Shown piece after piece: positions 56,202-64,000 of a stretch of 64,000 bases of DNA (position 1 is its first letter; each line of letters starts with the position of its first letter). The DNA is from an uncultured Gammaproteobacteria bacterium (GTDB lineage: Bacteria > Patescibacteriota > Patescibacteriia > Magasanikbacterales > GWA2-37-8). A program made the translations under genes and the position numbers. Below the pieces are notes generated by a model. The model saw nothing but the letters and a program-made list of their open reading frames with translations, made no database searches and was not told the DNA's origin. The stretch lies in assembly GCA_964540825.1 (NCBI GenBank), contig CAZINT010000001.1:5315-69314 (forward strand), in the 5' to 3' direction.

Positions 56202-58286
56202 ATGCCATTCAAAATTGTTTCAGCGTACGAGCCAGCCGGCGATCAGCCTAAAGCCATTGATCAACTAGTTGCAGGACTTAAAGAAGGGTTTAAAAAGCAG
56301 ACCCTCCTCGGTGTAACCGGCTCGGGAAAAACGTTCACCATGGCGAACGTAATTGAGCGTGTGCAAATGCCGACTTTGGTAATCGCGCACAACAAAACAT
56401 TAGCCGCGCAGCTTTGTAATGAATTCCGAGATTTTTTCCCCGAGAACGTCGTCGAATACTTTGTTAGTTATTACGATTACTATCAGCCGGAAGCATATAT
56501 CCCAACGAGTGATACTTATATTGAAAAAGAAGCCCAGATTAACGAAGAAATCGATCGCTTGCGCCACGCGTGTACGCAGGCACTGCTGACGCGCAAAGAT
56601 GTTATCATCGTAGCCTCTGTTTCGGCGATTTACGGGCTTGGTTCACCCTCAGCGTACCAAGAAAAAGTATTGCATCTTAGGGTTGGTCAGCAGCTGGATC
56701 GCCGGGGGATGATGGAGCAGCTTATTGCCATGCAGTTCGAGCGCACCACCGCCGATTTGAAGCGCGGGGCTTTTCGTATGCAGGGGCAAGTCTTTGAAAT
56801 TATGCCGGTCAACGAAGAAATGATTTACCGATTTGAAATTAGTAATCATATTGATCGTATCGAACAAGTTGACCCGGTGACACGCAAAATCAAACGCCAG
56901 CAGGAAGATGTTTGGTTTTTTCCGGCTAAGCATTATGTGGTCGGCGACGAAGCGCGTGAGCGGGCATTTACACGCATCAAAGCTGAGCTTGAAGATCAGT
57001 TGGCCGTGTTTGAACGCCAGGGAAAATTACTCGAAAAAGATCGCCTCAAACGCAGAGTCAGTTATGATTTGGAACTGATTAAAAATATTGGCTACTGCAA
57101 TGGCATTGAAAATTATTCACGTCATTTCGAAGGCCGCGCTGAAGGGGAGCCGCCCTTTACCCTGATTGATTATTTCAAATATGGCGCTCAGAAGTTTTTA
57201 ACGATTATTGACGAGTCGCATGTGACGGTGTCGCAGGTGCGCGCGATGTACAACGGAGACAGGGCGCGCAAAGACACGCTCGTGGAACACGGGTTTCGTC
57301 TCCCGAGTGCACGGGATAATCGCCCGCTTCAGTACGGGGAATTCGAGAAACGCATTGATCAGGTGGTATATGTTTCGGCAACGCCAAGCGAATACGAATT
57401 GAAAGAAAGCGAGCAGGTGGTGGAGCAGGTCGTGCGTCCAACGGGCCTGGTTGATCCAGAAGTTATCATTCGCCCGATTACGCCAAGTAAAGCAGATAAC
57501 GGTTTGTCGCAGATTGAGGATTTGATGATTCGCATTGACGAACGCATTACTCAAGGGGATCGTGTACTTGTAACGACACTCACCAAACGCATGGCCGAAG
57601 ATCTGACGCAATTTTTGGAAGAGAAAAAAATAAAAGTAAAATATTTACATAGCGATGTCGAAACACTGGAGCGCATTAAAGTTATCATGGAACTCCGTCA
57701 GGGCAAGATCGATGTTTTGGTTGGTGTGAATCTTTTGCGTGAAGGGCTCGACATGCCGGAGGTGTCGCTCGTTGCCATTCTTGATGCGGATAAAGAAGGG
57801 TTTCTTCGCAGTGAAACCAGTTTGATTCAGACCATCGGCCGTGCGGCGCGTAATGTAAATGGGCAGGTCGTCTTGTATGCCGATCATAGTACGGGCTCGA
57901 TTGAGCGCGCGATCGCGGAAACCAATCGCCGTCGCACCATTCAGCTCGCGTACAACGAGAAGCACGGTATTACTCCTAAAACAATCCAAAAAACAATCCG
58001 TAATATTTTGGAAGAGTTCGGTATTAGTGAAACGTCGCCCGGTGCAAATAGTAAAGAACAAAAACGTCGCCGAGCTGAACTCGCAAACCTCGATACGCTG
58101 GGGGACGACCGACCGCTGAGCGCAATTATTAAAGACAAAGAAGCGCAGATGAAAGATGCGGCTAAGGGCCTCGAGTTTGAACTTGCAGCAATTCTGCGCG
58201 ATGAGATCCGTGAATTGACGGCCAGGCAGAAATCGAGCGGCGAAGTAGAGAAGAGTAAAAAGGGACGACCGACGAAAAAGAAATAA
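56202..58286 (+). CDS. uvrB: Excinuclease ABC subunit B
   Basis: It has the Walker A motif GVTGSGKTFT, helicase motifs and a C-terminal UVR domain (ELAAILRDEIREL). Confidence 0.95.
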   Translation: MPFKIVSAYEPAGDQPKAIDQLVAGLKEGFKKQTLLGVTGSGKTFTMANVIERVQMPTLVIAHNKTLAAQLCNEFRDFFPENVVEYFVSYYDYYQPEAYIPTSDTYIEKEAQINEEIDRLRHACTQALLTRKDVIIVASVSAIYGLGSPSAYQEKVLHLRVGQQLDRRGMMEQLIAMQFERTTADLKRGAFRMQGQVFEIMPVNEEMIYRFEISNHIDRIEQVDPVTRKIKRQQEDVWFFPAKHYVVGDEARERAFTRIKAELEDQLAVFERQGKLLEKDRLKRRVSYDLELIKNIGYCNGIENYSRHFEGRAEGEPPFTLIDYFKYGAQKFLTIIDESHVTVSQVRAMYNGDRARKDTLVEHGFRLPSARDNRPLQYGEFEKRIDQVVYVSATPSEYELKESEQVVEQVVRPTGLVDPEVIIRPITPSKADNGLSQIEDLMIRIDERITQGDRVLVTTLTKRMAEDLTQFLEEKKIKVKYLHSDVETLERIKVIMELRQGKIDVLVGVNLLREGLDMPEVSLVAILDADKEGFLRSETSLIQTIGRAARNVNGQVVLYADHSTGSIERAIAETNRRRTIQLAYNEKHGITPKTIQKTIRNILEEFGISETSPGANSKEQKRRRAELANLDTLGDDRPLSAIIKDKEAQMKDAAKGLEFELAAILRDEIRELTARQKSSGEVEKSKKGRPTKKK

Positions 58287-58297
58287 TAGAAATAAAA

Positions 58298-58327
58298 ATA
58301 TCCCGATGTTGTCGGGATATTTTTTTG
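58298..58327 (+). terminator. Intrinsic terminator after uvrB
   Basis: Stem atatcccga/tcgggatat followed by a T7 run. Confidence 0.6.
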
Positions 58328-58402
58328 CCACTGGAAATTTCGAGAAGTTTACAGTGGGAACGCGCGACAGGCTGCTGGGAGGCAGGTGTCGCGGAGGTGG
58401 GG

Positions 58403-60400
58403 TCAGAGAACGTGCAGTAGCCCGTAGATACCGATGGTCAGGATGCCGAGGGCCTCGCCAGCGATGATACCCCCTCCGATGAGGGGGCTGGTGCTCATAT
58501 CGTCGAGGCCTTCGTTTGCCGAGTCGGGATCGTCGACCTCATCGCTGTGTGGTCTCGGCGTGGTGGCCGATTGCACATGGAGCGGCTCTTCGCGATAGCC
58601 GATGGAGACGACCTCGGTTCTGATCCCGCTGCCTTGGCAGGTACCGCAGGCATCTTCGGTGGCCGGCTTGAAACGAGTAGCAGCCGCTTCGGCGCGCGCC
58701 TCGTTTTCGATGAAGCGAGAGTAGCTTGCGAGTACACCGCCGATCATGTACCAGAGCGAGGTAGAAAGCTCGACGAAGCCTCCGAAGGAGGAGGCGTACG
58801 GCGAGGGGAGGATGATCGCGTCGATCATGAAGCGCAGGAACTTGGATGCCTTTGTACCCCGCTTGAGATAGTTGCGGTAGCGCTGGCTCCGCGCAAGGAG
58901 CTCCCGAAGGAGCTGGGTCACGAAGCCGATCGCGAGGCCGAGTAGGACAGCCTTCTTTGCGACCTCGCGCTTCTGCATGATTTTCGCCAGCTTGGCCGGC
59001 GGCGCTTTCTGGTCGATCGGCACGATGAAGGTGTCGATCGCCCCCTTGAGCTTGTACGTCATTGCTGACTGCCAAGCGGTGGGGCGATCTTCCTTCTTCA
59101 TAATGGTCTGGTCTTTTTGCAGGATCGGGTAGGCCTTCATAAAGAAGAGGGGGAGAAGGACAGAGAGCGCGGCAGCCATCGGGATGCCAAGGACCTGGTA
59201 CCAGAACTGGGTGCGTCGAGGTGTCGACAAACGCTTGCCGGTCGATCTGTCTTGCTGCATGTCGCCGCCGATGCTCATGTTGAGGAGCATGATGGAGGCG
59301 CATAGGAGCGCCGTGTCGACGTTCGTGAGCTTTGTCATGGCCATCACGTAGATAGCGAACACGGTCGCGCTCGAGACAGGGTTCGAATCCGTCATGCCAA
59401 GCGAGAGACCGTTGACGAGCAGGAACACGGCGCTGAGAGCGAGCGCGAGTATGAGGTAGCTGATCGGCTGATAGAGGAAAAAATGTCCGACGATGATGAC
59501 CGCGAGGGCCGAGCCCATGATCCACAGCATCAGGAACGATGACTTGATTTTCTGTTTGTCTTCGTGCTGGATGATCTCGAGGGCGATGACGTTGGTCGTT
59601 GTCTTGGTCTGGCGTGTAAAGAGCTTCATGGTGATGCCGAGAAGCTGGGCGATGAAGGCTCCGAGGATCATGCCGAGCATGATGATGAAGAAGACCTTGC
59701 GGAAAGGGTCTCCAGGCTCGAGCCATTCTATCTTGACCAGGTAGGGCACTAGCTCCTCGCCGATCAGGCCGAGTAGGAAAGCAGGTAGGGTGAGGGTGAC
59801 GCCGAGGATCATGCCGACGCCGATGGTGGAGGCGGATAGGCCGAGCGGCTCGAGAGCAGTCAGCTTCATGCTGGCGATGCCCATGGCGTAGCCAAGGCCG
59901 GTGCCAGTCGCGAGTTTGCTGAGAGACTTGTCGAGCAACACTTTGTTGCACAGGGCGCGTAAGATGTTGGCCGCTCCAAGTCCTGAGGGGAACTTGAGGT
60001 TCATCTTGTCCACGAGAAGTGGAGTGTACGCCATCCCGACGCCGATGCCGAACAGTGAGATCGCTCCGTGGAAGAAGATGAGGGGCATGATCGGGGTCGG
60101 GAGTCCGTACCAGACGCGCACCTGGATGAGGATGCCCATACCAGTCACCGAGGCGACACTCGCCGCCAAGGTCTGGATATAGTTCCCCATGTGCATACCT
60201 TCTGGTCCGTACCGGTAGGTGACGACGCTGCCGAGGATGGAGGCGAAGATCTGGGCACCGATCGCGAAACCGATACTGAAGTTCATGTAGAGCGCGGTCA
60301 CCGCGGCCAAGGGGCCGAGGATGAGCATGGAGACCACGATCAAGATGGCGTGGAGCTGGGGTGTTCCGACCCCAGGCCAACCGAGCTTCGGGATTTTCAT
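58403..60400 (-). CDS. OPT-family oligopeptide transporter (GC-rich)
   Basis: Polytopic and about 665 aa from the ATG at 60400, which has a GGAGGT SD at 6 nt spacing. It has the OPT-family hydrophobic pattern and an acidic C-terminal tail. The 613 aa Arg-rich ORF in another frame is a GC-driven shadow. Confidence 0.75.
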   Translation of the reverse strand: MKIPKLGWPGVGTPQLHAILIVVSMLILGPLAAVTALYMNFSIGFAIGAQIFASILGSVVTYRYGPEGMHMGNYIQTLAASVASVTGMGILIQVRVWYGLPTPIMPLIFFHGAISLFGIGVGMAYTPLLVDKMNLKFPSGLGAANILRALCNKVLLDKSLSKLATGTGLGYAMGIASMKLTALEPLGLSASTIGVGMILGVTLTLPAFLLGLIGEELVPYLVKIEWLEPGDPFRKVFFIIMLGMILGAFIAQLLGITMKLFTRQTKTTTNVIALEIIQHEDKQKIKSSFLMLWIMGSALAVIIVGHFFLYQPISYLILALALSAVFLLVNGLSLGMTDSNPVSSATVFAIYVMAMTKLTNVDTALLCASIMLLNMSIGGDMQQDRSTGKRLSTPRRTQFWYQVLGIPMAAALSVLLPLFFMKAYPILQKDQTIMKKEDRPTAWQSAMTYKLKGAIDTFIVPIDQKAPPAKLAKIMQKREVAKKAVLLGLAIGFVTQLLRELLARSQRYRNYLKRGTKASKFLRFMIDAIILPSPYASSFGGFVELSTSLWYMIGGVLASYSRFIENEARAEAAATRFKPATEDACGTCQGSGIRTEVVSIGYREEPLHVQSATTPRPHSDEVDDPDSANEGLDDMSTSPLIGGGIIAGEALGILTIGIYGLLHVL

Positions 60401-60509
60401 GGTACTACCTCCGCCACGTACGTTTGTGGTTGAGCTATCAGAGAGTTTGGTTTCACCTGCCAAATAATTCTGGCACGCAATTCCATTTCTCTCTGCTAAC
60501 ATTGTCAAA
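60401..60509 (-). promoter_or_regulatory. Conserved structured 5' leader (copy 1) with a TTGACA -35 box
   Basis: Sense sequence: TTGACA..GTTAGCAGAGAGAAATGGAATTG-[hairpin]-AAACCAAACTCTCTG. It is shared with the POT gene leader, including the outer stem CAGAGAG/CTCTCTG. Confidence 0.35.
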
Positions 60510-60573
60510 GACGCTCATAAAAACTATTTTGAACGTAGCACGAAATAATCAGAAAGTCAATGGTTTTCATTAT

Positions 60574-60606
60574 TAAAAAACCAACCTTGATGAGGTTGGT
60601 TTTTTA
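60574..60606. terminator. Bidirectional intrinsic terminator
   Basis: Stem ccaacct/aggttgg with an A7 run upstream and a T6 run downstream, positioned downstream of the POT gene. Confidence 0.55.
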
Positions 60607-60710
60607 ATTTTCATAGCACAGCTCATTAGAGACGTGCTGTAAGAAGTGCGGCCGTCCTTGCTCAAGGGACGGACCGCGGAGGTGTGCGGGCGGGGGTAAA
60701 AGTCGGGGAT

Positions 60711-63110
60711 TTAATCTTCGATTTTGCTGGGGAGCGCAGCCTCGATGCGTTTCCGATACCAGGACAGAGCGAGGGCGCTGGCGAGTGAGCTTGCGACCAA
60801 GATCGCGAAGAACCGGCTGTGCGGGATGTGCTCCCACAGTTTCTCACCCGTGTCGCCGACAAACTTGTTGCCGACGGCGGTGGCAATGTACCACCCGCCC
60901 ATCAGACGCCCGACCTCATCCTTTGGCGCGAGCTTCGAGATGAGGGAGAGAATCATAGGAGAGACGAGCAGCTCCGCGACGGTCATGACGAAGTACGAGC
61001 TGATCAGCCAGGCAGGAGAGACCTTGCCGTGATCGCCGCCGACGAGGCCGGCGATCGTCATGATGCCGTAGGCAGCTCCAGTGAGCATCATGCCGATGAC
61101 GACCTTGGTGGGCGTTTCGACCTTGATTTTCCAGCGCTCTTCGATCTTACGGATCGCTCGTTGCAGCGGCTTGGTCAGGATGATGATGAACAGCGAGTTG
61201 AACAGCTGGAACACTTCAGGATCCCACGTGGTCCGGGTGTTCTTTTCAGCCCACTCAGTGAGTGTTCCACCGTTTTGGTGGAAGGCCATCCAGAAGAATG
61301 TGCCGACCACGAAGATCAGGTTGAGCCACTTCAGCCGAGCGGTCTGCAGGGCTTCGAAGACAATGTTGGTCGACTTCACGGTGCGGGGCCAGGTTAGGCT
61401 AAGGATCGTCAGAGTGATGCCGCCCCAGAACAGGGCGTCGATCGGCTTGTACTTCAGCTGCGCGATCGGGAGTGAGCCGAGCTTCACAGCGATGAACTCG
61501 TAGGCCATGGAGAGCGGGTTGCGCAGGGCCGCCGTGACGGGCAGGAGTTGGAAAATGGAAGCGATCGTGTAGATGAGGACGATGCTTCCGATCATGAGTC
61601 GTAGTCGGCGCTTCTTCAGGACGAGCGGGGACGGAGGGGTTTCGACCGGCTTCGGCAGATTCAGGTTCTTGGCTTCGGCGTGGCGATGCGCGGCAGTGTC
61701 GGCGCGGAGGATGGTCTTGCGGAAAATGACGAGGGTGATCGTGGCGATCATCATGCCGACCCAGGCAGTGCCGAACGCCCACGACCAGCCGTGATAGCCG
61801 TCGGGGATGATCTGGGTCTGCGTGAAGGGAATCTTACCTGTGCGCATCAGGTTCGCAGCCAGCGACGCGATTGCTGCGCCGATGTTGACGCCGAGGTAGA
61901 AGATACCATAGGCCTCGTCGCGCAGCGGGCTGTTCGCGGGGTAGAGGGCTCCGACCATGGAACTCATCGTTGGCTTGAAAAGGCCGTTGCCGATGACGAG
62001 GAAGACGAGGCCGGTGTAGAACAGAGGGCGACTGCCATGAATGGCGCCGATGCCGTGGCCAATGCTCATGCAGATGGCGCCGATCAGGGCCGAGAGCCAG
62101 TAGCCGAAGCGCCGGTCCGCGTTCCTGCCGCCGTAGTAGGGCGACAAGTACACAAAGGCGATGTAGGAGCCGTAGACTGCGAGGGCTTCGCTGCTCGACA
62201 TGCCCATGCCGCCCTGCTCTATGGGCGTAGAGCAGTAGAGTTTGAGGAGCGACAGCATGAGGTAGAACGAGAGCCTTTCCCACAGCTCGATGAAGCTGAG
62301 TAGATAGATCACCGCCGGGTGGCGGCGTCCGTCCGACTGTTCCGGATCGTACGAGTTGAGTGAGGTTGCGAACTGTTTGAAAAGATGGAAGATGCGCTCG
62401 GGCAGGTGGAAGAAGAACAGAGGGATCTCGAGAACGCTGCCCATGATGTGGCAGGTCACCGCGACCGATGCGGTCAGGTAGGTCATGGGCCAGTAGCCGA
62501 GCTTTTTGGGCGACATGCTCGGTGGGTCGTTCATGTTTTCGAACGTAGTCTTGAGGAGTCCTCGCAGGCGGCCGATGGTGAGATCGACGCCGGTGAGAAG
62601 AAGTCGGTAGCTGTAGATGAGTATTCGGGCGAGGCTCAGGGCGAGGTATGCTCCACAACTGCCGATTTTCTGGAGGCTGATCAAGAGTTGCCGAGTGGGT
62701 CCGTAGGTGCTGAGAATGCTGCCCCAGCGCGGCAGCTCGGTCTCGATGAACCACGTCTGGTAGCAGTACCCGATGTTGGTCAGCCAAGTCGCGCAGCCGA
62801 GCGTGTAGCGCACCTTGGTGGCCGTGTGTGATGTAGAGATCGTGTTTAGGATGTTCGAGAGCATCATCGGCAGGTACTGGACCAACCAGTCGAGTGGCCA
62901 GCAGATGATCGTGCAGCACCATAGCAACGTGCGCACCGGCGCGCTCGCCAGAATGTAAGAATAGGTGCTGTTCGTGTGTTTCGCAACAGCTCCGGCGATG
63001 CGCTTGATTGCGCGATCGATGGTGTGGGCAGCCGACATGATCGACTGCGTCAGATAGGTTCTGACCTGTTCCTCGAGGTCGGGGAAGGTTTCGGTCGCAG
63101 TCGACTTCAT
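60711..63110 (-). CDS. POT/PTR2-family proton-dependent oligopeptide transporter with a roughly 270 aa N-terminal extension (GC-rich)
   Basis: It has the ExxERFxYY motif (FIELWERLSFY) and the GNGLFKP signature. A GGAGGA SD precedes the ATG at 63110. The 450 aa ORF 61834-63186 is a shadow. Confidence 0.75.
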   Translation of the reverse strand: MKSTATETFPDLEEQVRTYLTQSIMSAAHTIDRAIKRIAGAVAKHTNSTYSYILASAPVRTLLWCCTIICWPLDWLVQYLPMMLSNILNTISTSHTATKVRYTLGCATWLTNIGYCYQTWFIETELPRWGSILSTYGPTRQLLISLQKIGSCGAYLALSLARILIYSYRLLLTGVDLTIGRLRGLLKTTFENMNDPPSMSPKKLGYWPMTYLTASVAVTCHIMGSVLEIPLFFFHLPERIFHLFKQFATSLNSYDPEQSDGRRHPAVIYLLSFIELWERLSFYLMLSLLKLYCSTPIEQGGMGMSSSEALAVYGSYIAFVYLSPYYGGRNADRRFGYWLSALIGAICMSIGHGIGAIHGSRPLFYTGLVFLVIGNGLFKPTMSSMVGALYPANSPLRDEAYGIFYLGVNIGAAIASLAANLMRTGKIPFTQTQIIPDGYHGWSWAFGTAWVGMMIATITLVIFRKTILRADTAAHRHAEAKNLNLPKPVETPPSPLVLKKRRLRLMIGSIVLIYTIASIFQLLPVTAALRNPLSMAYEFIAVKLGSLPIAQLKYKPIDALFWGGITLTILSLTWPRTVKSTNIVFEALQTARLKWLNLIFVVGTFFWMAFHQNGGTLTEWAEKNTRTTWDPEVFQLFNSLFIIILTKPLQRAIRKIEERWKIKVETPTKVVIGMMLTGAAYGIMTIAGLVGGDHGKVSPAWLISSYFVMTVAELLVSPMILSLISKLAPKDEVGRLMGGWYIATAVGNKFVGDTGEKLWEHIPHSRFFAILVASSLASALALSWYRKRIEAALPSKIED

Positions 63111-63214
63111 GGTTGTCCTCCGTTTTTTTTGGTGTCTGGTTACCAGAGAGTCTGGTTTTGCCTGCCGAGTATTTTTCGTCAGACAATTCCGTTTCTCTCT
63201 GCTAACGTTTTCAA
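63111..63214 (-). promoter_or_regulatory. Conserved structured 5' leader (copy 2)
   Basis: Sense sequence: GTTAGCAGAGAGAAACGGAATTG-[hairpin]-AAACCAGACTCTCTG. It aligns with copy 1 and shows a compensatory A-T to G-C change in the inner hairpin. Confidence 0.35.
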
Positions 63215-63704
63215 CGAACTAAAAAAAGTTAAAGCTTTATACCGTTTGACTATAGCGAACTTTAACTCTTGAAGCTAGCATAAAAAATGAGTCTCGTCAA
63301 GGATTCTATTGAGTACAAAAAAACCGCCACAGGGCGGTAGAAAGATTTAATGTGGAAGTTACTTTTCAGGAAAGCTAGCAATTTTTTCTTGTAAGTCAGC
63401 AATTTCTCTTTGTGTATCGGCGGCGAACTGTTTCAGGTCAGGTTTAGGCAAGGCAATAATAACCTCTGGTGCGAGCTCTAGAGGCCGTCTAAAATCATGG
63501 TTTTTTTGCTCTGCTGGGCTCTTTTCGAGCATAGAGTAAAAGTAGACACGATACAAGTATATAGTAGCACAAAAACAGGTTTTTGTCAAGTAGATTTTTG
63601 GCTTAATTGACAAAGAAAAGTGCCTCCCGTACACTAAAGATAGAGTTCTTTTTCCTCTTTATTCTTTGTGTTGACCTGATTAAACGGGTCTTTTTGTCAT
63701 TTAT

Positions 63705-64000
63705 ATGCAAGATAAAATTGTTATTAAAGGTGCCCGCGAGCACAATCTCAAAAATATCACCCTCGAATTGCCGCGCAACAAAATGATTGCATTCACCGGG
63801 CTCTCGGGGAGTGGCAAATCCAGTCTCGCCTTCGACACCATTTTTGCTGAAGGCCAACGCCGCTATATTGAAAGTCTGTCGGCCTATGCTCGTCAATTTT
63901 TGGGCGGTATGCAGAAGCCGGATGTTGACGAGATCGAAGGATTGTCACCGGCTATTTCTATTGACCAAAAAGCGCATAGTGCCAATCCGCGTTCGACGGT
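63705..64000 (+). CDS. uvrA: Excinuclease ABC subunit A, N-terminal part (runs off the window)
   Basis: [67 protein letters not shown] is the canonical UvrA N-terminus. Confidence 0.9.
   Translation, partial: MQDKIVIKGAREHNLKNITLELPRNKMIAFTGLSGSGKSSLAFDTIFAEGQRRYIESLSAYARQFLGGMQKPDVDEIEGLSPAISIDQKAHSANPRST

Noticed and set aside
58539-60380. 613 aa Arg/Pro/His-rich ORF overlapping the OPT transporter in another frame, plus the 450 aa ORF 61834-63186 and several 100-200 aa ORFs across 58400-63200
   Set aside because: These are stop-codon-poor shadow frames typical of high-GC DNA. Their composition is extreme (Arg/Pro/His/Gly), whereas the OPT and POT frames carry recognisable transporter motifs and SDs.
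63359-63634. 91 aa minus-strand ORF (possible 57 aa protein from the ATG at 63532) upstream of uvrA
   Set aside because: A hairpin plus T-run terminator lies downstream (63320-63345), but there is no SD and no recognisable motif. The evidence is too weak to call.

Overview
This 64 kb window of about 45-48% GC is tightly packed with mostly co-directional operons and has a small-genome, Patescibacteria/CPR-like repertoire; the lineage assignment is inference from gene content only. The housekeeping backbone I can support from sequence is: a GlmU-like nucleotidyltransferase, glmS, a HAD hydrolase and a YvcK/CofD-like protein; a long plus-strand operon with a GNAT protein, a hypothetical, sucC-like, sucD-like and a short citrate-synthase-like (citryl-CoA-lyase-like) gene, an RlmI-like methyltransferase, an RluA-family pseudouridine synthase, malic enzyme, a DnaQ-exonuclease/GIY-YIG fusion and an EndoQ-like PHP nuclease; a tRNA cluster (tRNA-Arg-TCG, tRNA-Lys-CTT, tRNA-Arg-CCG); rnc, nusB and rpmF; a FemAB-like gene; gyrA; an MBL-fold hydrolase; rpsA; ftsH; a PilB/GspE ATPase with membrane neighbours; hpt, thrS and miaA; two very large surface-protein genes; four glycosyl/sugar transferases; RNase P RNA; ftsW/rodA; uvrB; and the 5' end of uvrA. 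Embedded in this backbone are at least six discrete GC-rich blocks (roughly 55-65% GC by eye). Two of them sit directly at tRNA 3' ends, one next to a duplicated tRNA-Lys 3' fragment. One is a two-gene peptide-transporter insert (OPT plus POT family) between uvrB and uvrA. Both transporter genes are preceded by the same conserved, structured 5' leader. Other points worth follow-up are a split citrate-cleavage-like module next to malic enzyme, a soluble PRC/MgtE-N/CBS sensor protein immediately upstream of an NRAMP homologue carrying Mg-transporter-type (NRMT-like) substitutions, a 590 aa protein with a ribosomal L7/L12 C-terminal-like domain, a 33 aa Lys/Ala-rich basic protein, and several palindromic or tandem-repeat regulatory candidates. 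No CRISPR array, rRNA or recognisable transposase or integrase was seen.
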